From positions 2,272,001 through 2,336,000 of the forward strand of contig OZ244799.1 in NCBI GenBank assembly GCA_965219955.1: 64,000 nt of DNA. The letters are read 5' to 3'. A program made the translations under genes and the position numbers. Shown here one piece after another: positions 1 through 8,973 of the stretch (its first letter is position 1; every line of letters begins with the position of its first letter). The notes under the pieces are model-generated. The model saw only the letters and a list, made by a program, of their open reading frames with translations. It had not been told where the DNA came from and did no database searches. Source of the DNA: a bacterium (lineage in GTDB: Bacteria; UBA8248).

Positions 1-157
1 ACGCCACGGCCTCGCGTTCCATGGCCCGCAACCCTGGAAAAACATTAACGGCTTTTGCGCTCGACCGCAAGATTCGGCTTCCCGCGCATATTAAGGCTTC
101 AGCACGACTTTCAGGATTCTCCGGCCAGATGCGGGGCAGAGAACAACCGAACAACAG

Positions 158-183
158 AAAACCCCCGGCCCGGAGGACGGGGG
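158..183 (-). terminator. Rho-independent terminator after cassette gene A
   Basis: CCCCCG/CGGGGG stem followed by a T-tract on the minus strand; near-identical copy at 671-697. Confidence 0.6.
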
Positions 184-208
184 CCGAATAGCTGCCGGAA
201 AGCGGGAG

Positions 209-478
209 TTACTTCGCCGTCCGCTCGATGAGCGTCTTAAGCGCGGTCATCGACTCCTCGTGTTTTTTCATGTTTTCCTCATGATTTTTCATGACCTCCT
301 CATGCCGTATCGAGCTCTCCCTCATGATCTCCTCATGCCGCCTCTCGCTCTGTCTTTCCCTCAATTCGGAGGCACGGCTCATCTGCTTCAGGCCCATCAG
401 GATGAGGACGCATTGCGCGAGGCCGATGAGGGACTGCACCGCGTAGAACCCGAGCGTCGCAATTTGAAACGTCGTCAC
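209..478 (-). CDS. Small membrane-anchored hypothetical protein with HEExM heptad repeats (cassette copy A)
   Basis: 89 aa ORF with GTG start after a purine-rich SD-like stretch; N-terminal hydrophobic helix; RHEEIM/RHEEVM/NHEENM/KHEESM repeats; paralog at 722-1003. Confidence 0.75.
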   Translation of the reverse strand: MTTFQIATLGFYAVQSLIGLAQCVLILMGLKQMSRASELRERQSERRHEEIMRESSIRHEEVMKNHEENMKKHEESMTALKTLIERTAK

Positions 479-670
479 TTTTCTCTCCTCTCGGGTCTTT
501 GATTTTCACCCTGCGAACGCCACGGCCTCGCGTTCCATGGCCCGCAATCCTGGAAAAACATTAACGGCTTTTGCGCCCGACCGCAAGATTCGGATTCCCG
601 CGACTCAAGACCTGAGCACCACCTTGAGATTCCCAAAACAGATGATGGGGAGAGAACAACCGAACAACAG

Positions 671-697
671 AAAACCCCCGGCCCGGAGGACGGGGGT
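671..697 (-). terminator. Rho-independent terminator after cassette gene B
   Basis: ACCCCCG/CGGGGGT stem plus T-tract on the minus strand. Confidence 0.6.
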
Positions 698-721
698 GGA
701 GTAGCCGGCGGGAAGTAGAAG

Positions 722-1003
722 TTACTTCCCTGTCCGCTCGATAATCGCCTTGAGCGCGGTCATCGACTCCTCATGTTTTTTCATGTTTTCCTCATGATTT
801 TTCATAGTCTCTTCGTGCCGCCTCGCACCCTCCCTCATGACTTCCTCGTGCCGTCTCGCGCCCTCTCTTTCTCGAAACTCCGAGGCGCGCTCCATCTGCT
901 TCAAGCCTTTCCATATCAGGAAACATTGAACGCTCCCGACCGAGAGAGCGATTGCGCTCTGAATGCCCAATGCCACCAGCGTCGCGATTTGAAAAGTCGT
1001 CAC
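722..1003 (-). CDS. Small membrane-anchored hypothetical protein with HEExM heptad repeats (cassette copy B)
   Basis: 93 aa; same MTTFQIATL start and HEESMTALK end as 209-478. Confidence 0.75.
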   Translation of the reverse strand: MTTFQIATLVALGIQSAIALSVGSVQCFLIWKGLKQMERASEFREREGARRHEEVMREGARRHEETMKNHEENMKKHEESMTALKAIIERTGK

Positions 1004-1138
1004 TTCTTTCTCCTTGCGAGTCCACTATTGACGAATCGAACAACCTCGTGGACCCAGAGCGCCCTGCCCTGCGTTGTCCGCTATTTCAGGCAATATACTA
1101 GTGCCTTTCGCACTCACTCGCAAGATTCGGGCTTGCGC

Positions 1139-2173
1139 TCAGGGCTTGAGCACCACCTTGAGGGACTCCCCCGCTTCGGCGGCGAGGCGGAAGCCCTCCT
1201 GCGCCTGCGCGAGCGGAAGCCTGTGGGTGATCATCTCCTCGACACCGATGCGGCCGGCGCGGATGAGCGCGAGCGCTTCTTCCAGATCGAGCGGGGCCGC
1301 GCCGTAGGTGGTGGTGATGGCGATCTGCTCGCTCCAGATGCGGTTCAGGTCGATTTCAGGGCGGTAGCCGGGCGGCGTGGGGGCGAAAAGCTGCAGGACG
1401 CCGCAGGTAGCTGTGCACGCGAGGGCCGTCTTAAGAGCCTCGGGCGCGCCCGCGCACAGGACGACGCGGTCCGCCAGGCGGCCCTCGTTCGCCTCCCGCA
1501 AGGCCTCCGCCATATTTTCGCATGGGGAAAGCACGCGCGCCCCGAAGCGCTCGGCGGCTTTGAGGCGATAAGGATGGACGTCTGCCGCGAAAACGGCGCC
1601 CGCTCCCAGGAGGCGCGCCGCCTGCACGTGCAGCAGTCCCGACATACCGCTTCCCACCACGAAGACGGAGAGACCCGGCGTCATACGAAAGCGCCGCCAG
1701 CCGCGCAGGACGCAGCCTAAAGGCTCGACGAACACGCCCGCATCGTCGGACACCGCATCGGGCAGATGGAACGTCCCCCGCTCCACGTTGACGGCGGGCA
1801 GACGGATGAACTCGGCGAAGCCGCCCGGGTCGAAATTCGTAGCTTTCAGCATCTCACACGCCGTGTGTTCGCCACGCAGACACAGCGCGCAGCGGTTGCA
1901 CGGAACGTGATGGGTGACGCAGACGCGGTCGCCTACTCGAAAACCCTCCACGCCCTCGCCTACTTCCGCGACGACGCCCGTCACCTCATGGCCCAGCACG
2001 CGCGGCGCGCTCTTCACCCGGTACCACTCCATGACGTCGCTTCCGCAGATGCCGCTCGCACGCGTCTCGACCAAAAGCTCGCCCGCTCCCGCGCGGGGCT
2101 TCTCCATCGCCTCGATCCGCACGTCGTCGTTTCGGTAATACACCGCCGCCCGTATGGTTTCCGCCATTTTCAT
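1139..2173 (-). CDS. Zn-dependent (MDR) alcohol/polyol dehydrogenase
   Basis: GICGSD, GHE, C-x2-C-x2-C-x7-C structural Zn site, GSGMSG Rossmann motif. Confidence 0.92.
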   Translation of the reverse strand: MKMAETIRAAVYYRNDDVRIEAMEKPRAGAGELLVETRASGICGSDVMEWYRVKSAPRVLGHEVTGVVAEVGEGVEGFRVGDRVCVTHHVPCNRCALCLRGEHTACEMLKATNFDPGGFAEFIRLPAVNVERGTFHLPDAVSDDAGVFVEPLGCVLRGWRRFRMTPGLSVFVVGSGMSGLLHVQAARLLGAGAVFAADVHPYRLKAAERFGARVLSPCENMAEALREANEGRLADRVVLCAGAPEALKTALACTATCGVLQLFAPTPPGYRPEIDLNRIWSEQIAITTTYGAAPLDLEEALALIRAGRIGVEEMITHRLPLAQAQEGFRLAAEAGESLKVVLKP

Positions 2174-2201
2174 ACTTCCTGCGTCGCGAGCCGAAACTCC
2201 A

Positions 2202-3098
2202 TCATACGCGGGCTTCCGCGCTCAAATCGGTGAACATCTCATAGGCCGCATCGGGGCTTAAATCCTCATGCACGACGGCGCGCACCGCCCGGATCATGGC
2301 GGCCGGATGCGCGCTCTGGAAGATGTTCCGGCCCATGTCCACGCCCGCTGCGCCCTCGTCCATGGCCCGGCGGCAGAACGCGAGCGCCTCGCGCTCGGGC
2401 ACCTTCTTGCCGCCCGCGATGACGATGGGCGCGAAACAACCGCGCACCACCCGCTCGAAGCCCTCGCAGTAATACGTCTTCACCACGTCCGCCCCGTGTT
2501 CGGCCGCGATGCGCGTCGCAAGCCCCAGATAGCGCGCGTCGCGCGTCATCTCCTTGCCCACCGCGGTGATGCCCAAAACGATCAGGCCCTCCCGGCGCCC
2601 CTCATCGCTCATTCTCGCCAGGTTCAGGATGGATTCTTTCTGGTAGCGCGCGCCCACGTAGACCGAAACCGATACGCCCGCCACGCCCAGGCGCGCCGCC
2701 TCCGCCGCCGAGACGGTGATGGACTCGTTCGAGAGTTCTCGGTTCACGATTTCATCGGCGATTCGCTCTCTCAGCGCCTCGTGCGCCGCTTCATCTTCCA
2801 TCCCCGCCGAGCGGATGCCGAGTTCACGCTCGAGTTCCACCGGATCGGAATAGACGATGGCGTTTCCGCCAGACGCCCGGAGGATTACGGGCGTCTTGCT
2901 TTCGGGCGGCATGCAGCGCAGGAAGACGCCCTTCGTGGGACTCACCGCGTCGCACCAGGGCAAAAGGGGTTCGATGGTCTTCGCGGGCTCTTCCAACCCC
3001 GAGGTCGGCCCCTGGAAATAGCCGTGGTCCACCGCCAGCATGACGATGCGCCCCGTCTTCTCGTTCATGATTTTCATATGGCTAGACATTTTCCTCAT
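2202..3098 (-). CDS. lsrF: LsrF-like class I aldolase/thiolase
   Basis: MLAVDHGYFQGPT, RIAAEHGADVVKTYY, IAGGKK, GVDMGRNIFQ. Confidence 0.85.
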   Translation of the reverse strand: MRKMSSHMKIMNEKTGRIVMLAVDHGYFQGPTSGLEEPAKTIEPLLPWCDAVSPTKGVFLRCMPPESKTPVILRASGGNAIVYSDPVELERELGIRSAGMEDEAAHEALRERIADEIVNRELSNESITVSAAEAARLGVAGVSVSVYVGARYQKESILNLARMSDEGRREGLIVLGITAVGKEMTRDARYLGLATRIAAEHGADVVKTYYCEGFERVVRGCFAPIVIAGGKKVPEREALAFCRRAMDEGAAGVDMGRNIFQSAHPAAMIRAVRAVVHEDLSPDAAYEMFTDLSAEARV

Positions 3099-3172
3099 TC
3101 TCCGGCAGTAGCCCGGGACGAGCCGCGTTTGGGAGTACGCAGGAGACGAGAATGGCCTCACGAGCAAACATT

Positions 3173-4153
3173 CTATGAATTCTCCGGCGGGAGCGGCGGG
3201 CCGCCCTTGTAGAAGGCGCGCGCCATGATTTGGTTTCTCGCCGTAAACTCCTCATCCCCGGTGTCTTCGGCCACCGCGCGCTTCAGGATGTTGAACTTCG
3301 CGTCCATGTCGTCCGCATAGTGCAGCAGGAGCGCCTCCGCCGACATGGGAACCTTCACCGTGCCCCAGTCGGGCTGGCCCTGGTGCGAGAGGATGAGGTG
3401 CTCCAGATGCAGCAGAAAATCCCCGGGCAGCGCGTCTCCTTCCTGGAACACACCCTCGCGCTCCGCCCAATCGCGGGCGATGTCGCGCCCCAGCACGATG
3501 TGGCCGAGGAGGCGGCCGGCGGGCGTGTAGTGCGTGGCACCCTCGGTGGAGAGTTCCTCCAGCTTGCCGATGTCGTGCAGGAGCGCGCCCGCGACGAGCA
3601 GGTCTTTCGAGACGTCGTATTTATCCGCGAGATACAGGCACGTTTTCGTGACCGACAGGGTGTGCTCCAGCAGGCCGCCCAGATAGGGATGGTGGATGCG
3701 CTGGGCGGCGGGCCACTCGCGGAATTTTTCTTCATAGGCGTCGAGGATGGCGGTGAGGTACGCCGCTACGAGCGGGTGGCAGCCGCCCGCGATGCGCTTC
3801 GCCTCCTCCCACATGACGTCGATGTCATAGGGCGTGCGCTGCACGCAGTCCTCGGGTCTGAAGCCGCTCTCATAGTCCTGCTCGTTCACCCGGCGGACGC
3901 GCTCCACCCGAAGCTGCATTCGGCCCTGGTAGTTCTCCGCCATGGCCCGCACCTTGATGAAATCGCCCGCCTCGATCGCGCCCTGCACCTGCGTCGCGGG
4001 CTCCCAGACCTTGGCGGGAACCTCGCCCGTGGCGTCTTCCAGCGTCAGATCGAGATACGCCCGGCCCGCGCGGCTCTGGCGCGCCTCGTATTCCCTGATT
4101 TTGAAGAAAGCATCGAACCGCTCGCCCTCTTTCAGCGTCGCTATATCGGTCAC
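3173..4153 (-). CDS. OB-fold plus HD-domain 3'-5' exoribonuclease, YhaM family
   Basis: N-terminal OB-like region; HH-x3-GGLLEH, LLHDIGK, ILSH, HYADDMDAK. Confidence 0.88.
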   Translation of the reverse strand: MTDIATLKEGERFDAFFKIREYEARQSRAGRAYLDLTLEDATGEVPAKVWEPATQVQGAIEAGDFIKVRAMAENYQGRMQLRVERVRRVNEQDYESGFRPEDCVQRTPYDIDVMWEEAKRIAGGCHPLVAAYLTAILDAYEEKFREWPAAQRIHHPYLGGLLEHTLSVTKTCLYLADKYDVSKDLLVAGALLHDIGKLEELSTEGATHYTPAGRLLGHIVLGRDIARDWAEREGVFQEGDALPGDFLLHLEHLILSHQGQPDWGTVKVPMSAEALLLHYADDMDAKFNILKRAVAEDTGDEEFTARNQIMARAFYKGGPPLPPENS

Positions 4154-4320
4154 GAACCTGCGCTCCCAAACGAGAAATACGACCTCACCAGGTAATATGG
4201 ATCACGATTCGTCATTGTAGGGGCAAGGGGGGGTCAGTCGCAATGAAAGGCTTTCATAAGGGCGGGAGGCGGAGGAAACAGGTTTCCCGCAGCCTTTTCA
4301 TGGGTCAAATCAGGCAGCGT

Positions 4321-5820
4321 GGGGATTGTTGAAAAAGCCCCCCTGACAAGGGGGGGGTAAGAGCGATGCCCTCCACGAGGTTTTTTTCACCGGCCTCATG
4401 TAGGGGCGGTTCGCGATAGCTGAACGAGAAGCTCAGGCGGAAGTCTGTTCGTCACCACCCGGCTTTCGGGCGAGCATGAAATACAGAGTCGTCGAGATGC
4501 CCTTCCTTCCCCCCTCGACAGTGGCATCGGCGCCGACGTTGAAGATATCGCTCACGCGGCGACTGCCCCGGGCGGAGAGGCGGAGGAACTCCAGGATGCC
4601 GAGCACCTGGTTCGTCACACGACGTCCGAGCGGGGAACGCGCCATCGCTCGAATCGAGAACCCTTTTGATTCGAGCGGTGAGTACCAGGGCGTTTCCGGG
4701 TCCCCCTCCAGCGCGCGGTCGTTCGTCTCCAGGAGTTCGAAGCCGGCTGCCACCATGCTCGCGCAGCACTCTTCCGCCGTGATCAGATCTGGAATACCGT
4801 AGCCGAGCTGGATGCCGTGCTTGATTCGCCGATGTTCTTCGTTACCGGGATCGTAGCGATCGGTCATCACGCATTCATCGGCCACCAAAAGACCGCCGGG
4901 CTTCAGGACCCGAAACAACTCCGTGAAGACACGCGTCCGGTCGGGAGCATGGCAGGTCGACCCGATAGCGTAGATCCGATCATAGGTGGCATCGCCTGCC
5001 GGCAGGTCCATGAAGTCGGCCACCATCACCTCGCACTGCTTCGAGAGACCCGCTGCCTCGTTGTAACGCCGGGCCTTTTCGACCTGTTCGGGGACGACGT
5101 TGGCCCCGACGATCCGCGCTCCGGAGTAGCGCGCGATTTCGCGCATGGGCCCCCCGACCCCGCAACCGACATCGAAGACCAGCATCCCCGGCTTCAGCCC
5201 CAAGCGGTCGGAGACGTACCGTTCGTGCCGCCGGATCGCGTCGGCGAACGCCTCGCCCTTCTCGAAGGGACACATGTGGTGCGACCGTCCCCAGGCGATC
5301 TCGTACAGGCCGGCGCCCAGGGCATAGTGGCACCTGGCCAGAGTAACGTAGTTCTGCTTTCGGGCGGACACGGCCTCATCGTCGTTCTTCATGAAGAGGT
5401 CGATGTACAATTCGATCTTTTCGGATTTACTGACGTTGTCCGGCAGGTGTGACGATCGCGTCATGGCATTCATTACACTCGATAGAATATGCCTGTTTAC
5501 TGTGTTTGGTGAGGTCTTGAACTTCGGGAGCGACCCGATTATCGGGTCAACCCGCAGACTATGTCGCAACGAATATGTTGGCTGTGACAATGAAATTTGT
5601 CAAGGAAAATGGATTCCGTCGAACCCTCCCGCCTTGGTCGGCTCCGACACCGGAATGACGGCGGGGCAGTTCGTCTCAACCGATGAGGAAGGGTTTGCTG
5701 CAAACGAGGAAAACATCGGCGCGCAAGCGCGCCTACTCGGGATGAGGAAGGTATTACGGGCATGGGCGGCGAATGCGCCACAGGCCATACCCCCTTGAGG
5801 ACAGCTTTTTCAACAACCCC
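4321..5820. mobile_element. IR-bounded transposase-less element carrying a sterol methyltransferase gene
   Basis: GGGATTGTTGAAAAAGC (4322-4338) and GCTTTTTCAACAACCCC (5804-5820) form a 16/17 inverted repeat of the same family as four other elements. Confidence 0.5.
4433..5473 (-). CDS. Sterol C-24 methyltransferase-like SAM methyltransferase (divergent copy)
   Basis: YEIAWGRSHH (region I-like), DVGCGVGGPMREIA, STCHAP, RVLKPGG, PWY C-terminal domain; start uncertain (5473, 5464 or 5590). Confidence 0.8.
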   Translation of the reverse strand: MNAMTRSSHLPDNVSKSEKIELYIDLFMKNDDEAVSARKQNYVTLARCHYALGAGLYEIAWGRSHHMCPFEKGEAFADAIRRHERYVSDRLGLKPGMLVFDVGCGVGGPMREIARYSGARIVGANVVPEQVEKARRYNEAAGLSKQCEVMVADFMDLPAGDATYDRIYAIGSTCHAPDRTRVFTELFRVLKPGGLLVADECVMTDRYDPGNEEHRRIKHGIQLGYGIPDLITAEECCASMVAAGFELLETNDRALEGDPETPWYSPLESKGFSIRAMARSPLGRRVTNQVLGILEFLRLSARGSRRVSDIFNVGADATVEGGRKGISTTLYFMLARKPGGDEQTSA

Positions 5821-5921
5821 TCCCCGGTCGGAATTCATCCCCATAAGCCGCGTCGCCCCGCTCCCTGTGCTATAAGGAAGCATCGGCGAAATTTTTGTCC
5901 TGATACTCATGGAGAAGACGC

Positions 5922-6608
5922 ATGGCAATCCTAAAAGCGCGGCCGCAGGAGGTGGAGATCGACCTGTCCCGCACCGCTTTCATCGTGGTCGACATGCAGA
6001 ACGCTTATGCGAAGAAGGGCGGAATGCTCGATTTGGGAACGGGCATCGACGAGGCCCGCACGAACCCCGTCATCGATGCCAACGGGCGCCTGCTTGATGC
6101 GGCGCGCGCGGCGGGCGTGAAGGTCATCTATCTCCAGTTCGGCTACAAGCCCGACTTGAGCGACGCCGGCGGACCGCAGTCGCCCAACGTCCGCAAGCAG
6201 ATGGCCATCCGGATGATCAAGGAACGCCCCGCGGACCGCGACAAGCTCATCATCGAGGGAACGTGGGGGTGGGAGATCATCGACGAGCTCAAGCCCGGGC
6301 CGGACGACCTGGTGGTGAAGAAGGCCCGCTACAGCGGTTTTGCGGGAACGACGCTGGAAAACCAGTTGAACGGCCTCGACATCCGGCACATCCTCTTCAC
6401 CGGCGTGGCCACGAACGTCTGCGTGGAGAGCACGGCGCGCGAGGCCTATTTCCGCGAGTTCTGGCCGATTCTCGTCGAGGACGCGATGGATCACACGGGA
6501 CCCGACTTCACCCGCGAGGCGACGCTCTACAACTTCGAATCGAAATTCGGCTGGGTGACGCAAACCGACGACGTTCTGGACATGCTGGAGCGCAACCAGG
6601 CCTCGTAG
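5922..6608 (+). CDS. Isochorismatase-family cysteine hydrolase (RutB-like)
   Basis: VVDMQNAY, K-x-RYSGF, GVATNVCVEST. Confidence 0.88.
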   Translation: MAILKARPQEVEIDLSRTAFIVVDMQNAYAKKGGMLDLGTGIDEARTNPVIDANGRLLDAARAAGVKVIYLQFGYKPDLSDAGGPQSPNVRKQMAIRMIKERPADRDKLIIEGTWGWEIIDELKPGPDDLVVKKARYSGFAGTTLENQLNGLDIRHILFTGVATNVCVESTAREAYFREFWPILVEDAMDHTGPDFTREATLYNFESKFGWVTQTDDVLDMLERNQAS

Positions 6609-7132
6609 GGGTTGTTGAAAGAGTCATCCTCGGTCGGAATTCAACCCTACCTGCGCAACTGCAGACTTAACTCCTGAACAGCATTATCCACAGACGAGAG
6701 AGAAGAGAATCACTCCCCCCTTGAGGGTCTGGCTTCCCGAGGGGAAAGCCAGACGAAGAAGCCGACCGTTTTTTGCGAAGGCTGATGCGGTGGGGGGTGA
6801 ATCGCGTTTTATCGCCATCCGAATTATCCCCCCACCGAATCGCTTTCGGGCTTGCGCCCTTAGCTCTTCGACTCCCCCTCAAGGGGGGAGTTGATCCCTT
6901 CTCTACTCGGTTGGCTTTGACCCTCAGGGGGGTAAGGGGGGTTGCCTTTATCCTCCGGCAAGGGTCTGCTGAAAAAGCCCACTATGCGTCCGGTCGGCGG
7001 CGCGATGACCTGTAGGGACAGGCCTCTGTGCCTGTCCTGCCTTTCGTGGTTGTCCTTCGTGAGGACAGGCACGGAGGCCTGTCCCTACGGCGAACAATCT
7101 CGAAGGTCGGATAGGACTTTTTCAACAGCCCC
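6608..7132. mobile_element. MITE-like IR-bounded element filled with REP doublets
   Basis: GGGGTTGTTGAAAGAGTC ... GACTTTTTCAACAGCCCC; internal inverted pairs at about 6713/6890 and 7012/7088. Confidence 0.6.
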
Positions 7133-7174
7133 CACAGCACGAGAAATTTCGAGTGGACCGGGCGCGGCGCGGAT

Positions 7175-7786
7175 TCAGTTTTGCTTGGGGATGCCCTTGA
7201 AGGCGTGCTCACCCCAGAGGTTCTTGAGCCTCTTGTCGCGGCCGCACGAGAAGCGGTAGTAGCGGTAGCGGAACGAGTTGTTCTGGTAATAGTTCTGGTG
7301 ATAATACTCGGCGGGGTAGAACGTGGCGGCGGTGAGGATCGGGGTGACGATCGGTTTGCCCAGAGCCTTTTGCGCCGCCTTCTTGGAGGCCTCTGCCGCC
7401 TTGCGCTGCTTTTCGTTCAGGGCGAAGACGGCGGTGCGGTAGGAATCGCCCCGGTCGCAGAACTGGCCGCCGTCATCGGTCGGGTCGACCGAATGCCAGA
7501 AAACGCTGAGCAGCGCCTCGTAGCTGACCTTCGCCGGGTCGTAGGTGATCTCCACCGCCTCGTAATGCCCCGTGTCGCCGTACGTGACTTCCTTGTAGGT
7601 CGGGTTCTTCGTCTTGCCGCCGGTATAGCCCGAAGTCGTCGAGACCACGCCCGGCACCTTGTCGAAATCAGACTCCACGCACCAGAAGCAGCCGCCGGCG
7701 AAGATCGCCTTTTCGAGCTTCTGCGCGCTCGCGGCGTGTGCGAAGAGTATAAGCGACGCGGCGAGCGTCAAAATGATCCATTTCAT
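7175..7786 (-). CDS. msrA: Peptide-methionine (S)-S-oxide reductase, exported
   Basis: FAGGCFWC, GYTGG, GQFCDRG, AEYYHQNYY; N-terminal signal peptide. Confidence 0.95.
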   Translation of the reverse strand: MKWIILTLAASLILFAHAASAQKLEKAIFAGGCFWCVESDFDKVPGVVSTTSGYTGGKTKNPTYKEVTYGDTGHYEAVEITYDPAKVSYEALLSVFWHSVDPTDDGGQFCDRGDSYRTAVFALNEKQRKAAEASKKAAQKALGKPIVTPILTAATFYPAEYYHQNYYQNNSFRYRYYRFSCGRDKRLKNLWGEHAFKGIPKQN

Positions 7787-8023
7787 GATTCGTCTCCAAT
7801 GTTACGGGTCGGCGGCCTGTACTTTCGCGGTCGGTGTACGTGACGAACTGACGGGCGCGCCTGCGCTGATCCGCTCGCCCACCGTCAACCCGATGATGCC
7901 CACAGGTTGACCGGATTCGCAAGCGTTTTTTTTGATGACGGAATCCGGGCCTGGATGAAAGTCCGCATTAGTGTCCGGCGAGAGCAAGCGCAGCAACGAT
8001 TCGCGGCAATTTCGCTGTCTGCA

Positions 8024-8242
8024 TCACTCCTTCTTTCGGGGGCCTCGCTCGCGCGGGTCGCGCTCGGTGCGCATTCCATGAATTGCGCCCGATCCGGCGC
8101 TGCCTTTGTTCGCTGCGGCAGCTTCGGCTGTTTCTTTCGCCCGCCTGCGCGCGCGTTTGGCCGCACGGCGCATCGCGATCTCTGCACCAGCAAAATCAGG
8201 GTCTCGGGGCTTTTGCGTCGAATTCCGCTTCCTTGATTTCAT
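8024..8242 (-). CDS. Small basic hypothetical protein, possible antitoxin partner
   Basis: 72 aa ORF whose ATG overlaps the stop of the upstream ATPase (ATGA). Confidence 0.45.
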   Translation of the reverse strand: MKSRKRNSTQKPRDPDFAGAEIAMRRAAKRARRRAKETAEAAAANKGSAGSGAIHGMRTERDPRERGPRKKE

Positions 8243-8790
8243 CCCCTCTCCTCTTCCTTCAACAACTCCGGTTCAACACCTGCATTATCATACAAAGCCC
8301 ACCCGTCGACCAAGCCCCGATAGATTCGCTCGAAGTTGCGCCGGCCGGCGTCGAATCGCCTGCGAATCACTTCCTCGGGCACGTCGTGGCCTCCTTCGAG
8401 AACGCGCTGCGCGACGCGCGTGATCGCCACCTCGGGCGTCGGCAGTTGCAGGAAGAACAGCTTCACCCGGTAGTTCTGCTCCCGCCAGCGTGGAATATGG
8501 CGCGCATAATTCCGCCCGCTCAACGTCGTCTCGAAGGCGAAACTTTCTCCCCTAAGAACGTGTTCACAGATTTGCTCCAACATCCGCCTGCCGGACTGAA
8601 AACCGACCAGATGAGGATCGGAAGGGTCCAAGCCCGCCGCGATGTCGTCGGCGTTGATGAAAAGCGGGCAGTCCGCCTCGTTCGGCAGAAATTCCGTGGC
8701 GAACGTCGTCTTGCCCGCGCCGTTCGGCCCGGCGATGATGAATATCCGCTTCTCGCTCGCATCGGCCAATGCCGGCCTGCTCCTTTGCAA
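8239..8790 (-). CDS. Zeta-toxin-like / AAA P-loop ATPase
   Basis: IIAGPNGAGKTT Walker A, FINAD, FAFETTLSG, RV-x2-GGHDVP, YDN. Confidence 0.85.
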   Translation of the reverse strand: MQRSRPALADASEKRIFIIAGPNGAGKTTFATEFLPNEADCPLFINADDIAAGLDPSDPHLVGFQSGRRMLEQICEHVLRGESFAFETTLSGRNYARHIPRWREQNYRVKLFFLQLPTPEVAITRVAQRVLEGGHDVPEEVIRRRFDAGRRNFERIYRGLVDGWALYDNAGVEPELLKEEERG

Positions 8791-8973
8791 GTATCTCCAT
8801 ACTCCGCGTCAATTTCCTAAACTCATTGTCCCCGCGCCCCGCCCTGCACGCAAGGCCGGGCCGAAGCGCACCGCATCGCCCTGTGATATAAACAAGTTCC
8901 TGTGACGCGGATATTTCCATTGGAACGCGAGGGATTCCTAGGCTGTCCCCGATAAGACACGAACGAGGCGACG

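Larger units (their letters stand above)
1..1003. repeat. Imperfect tandem duplication, unit about 515 bp
   Basis: ACGCCACGGCCTCGCGTTCCATGGCCCGCAA at 1 and about 517; terminators and ORFs also duplicated. Confidence 0.85.
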
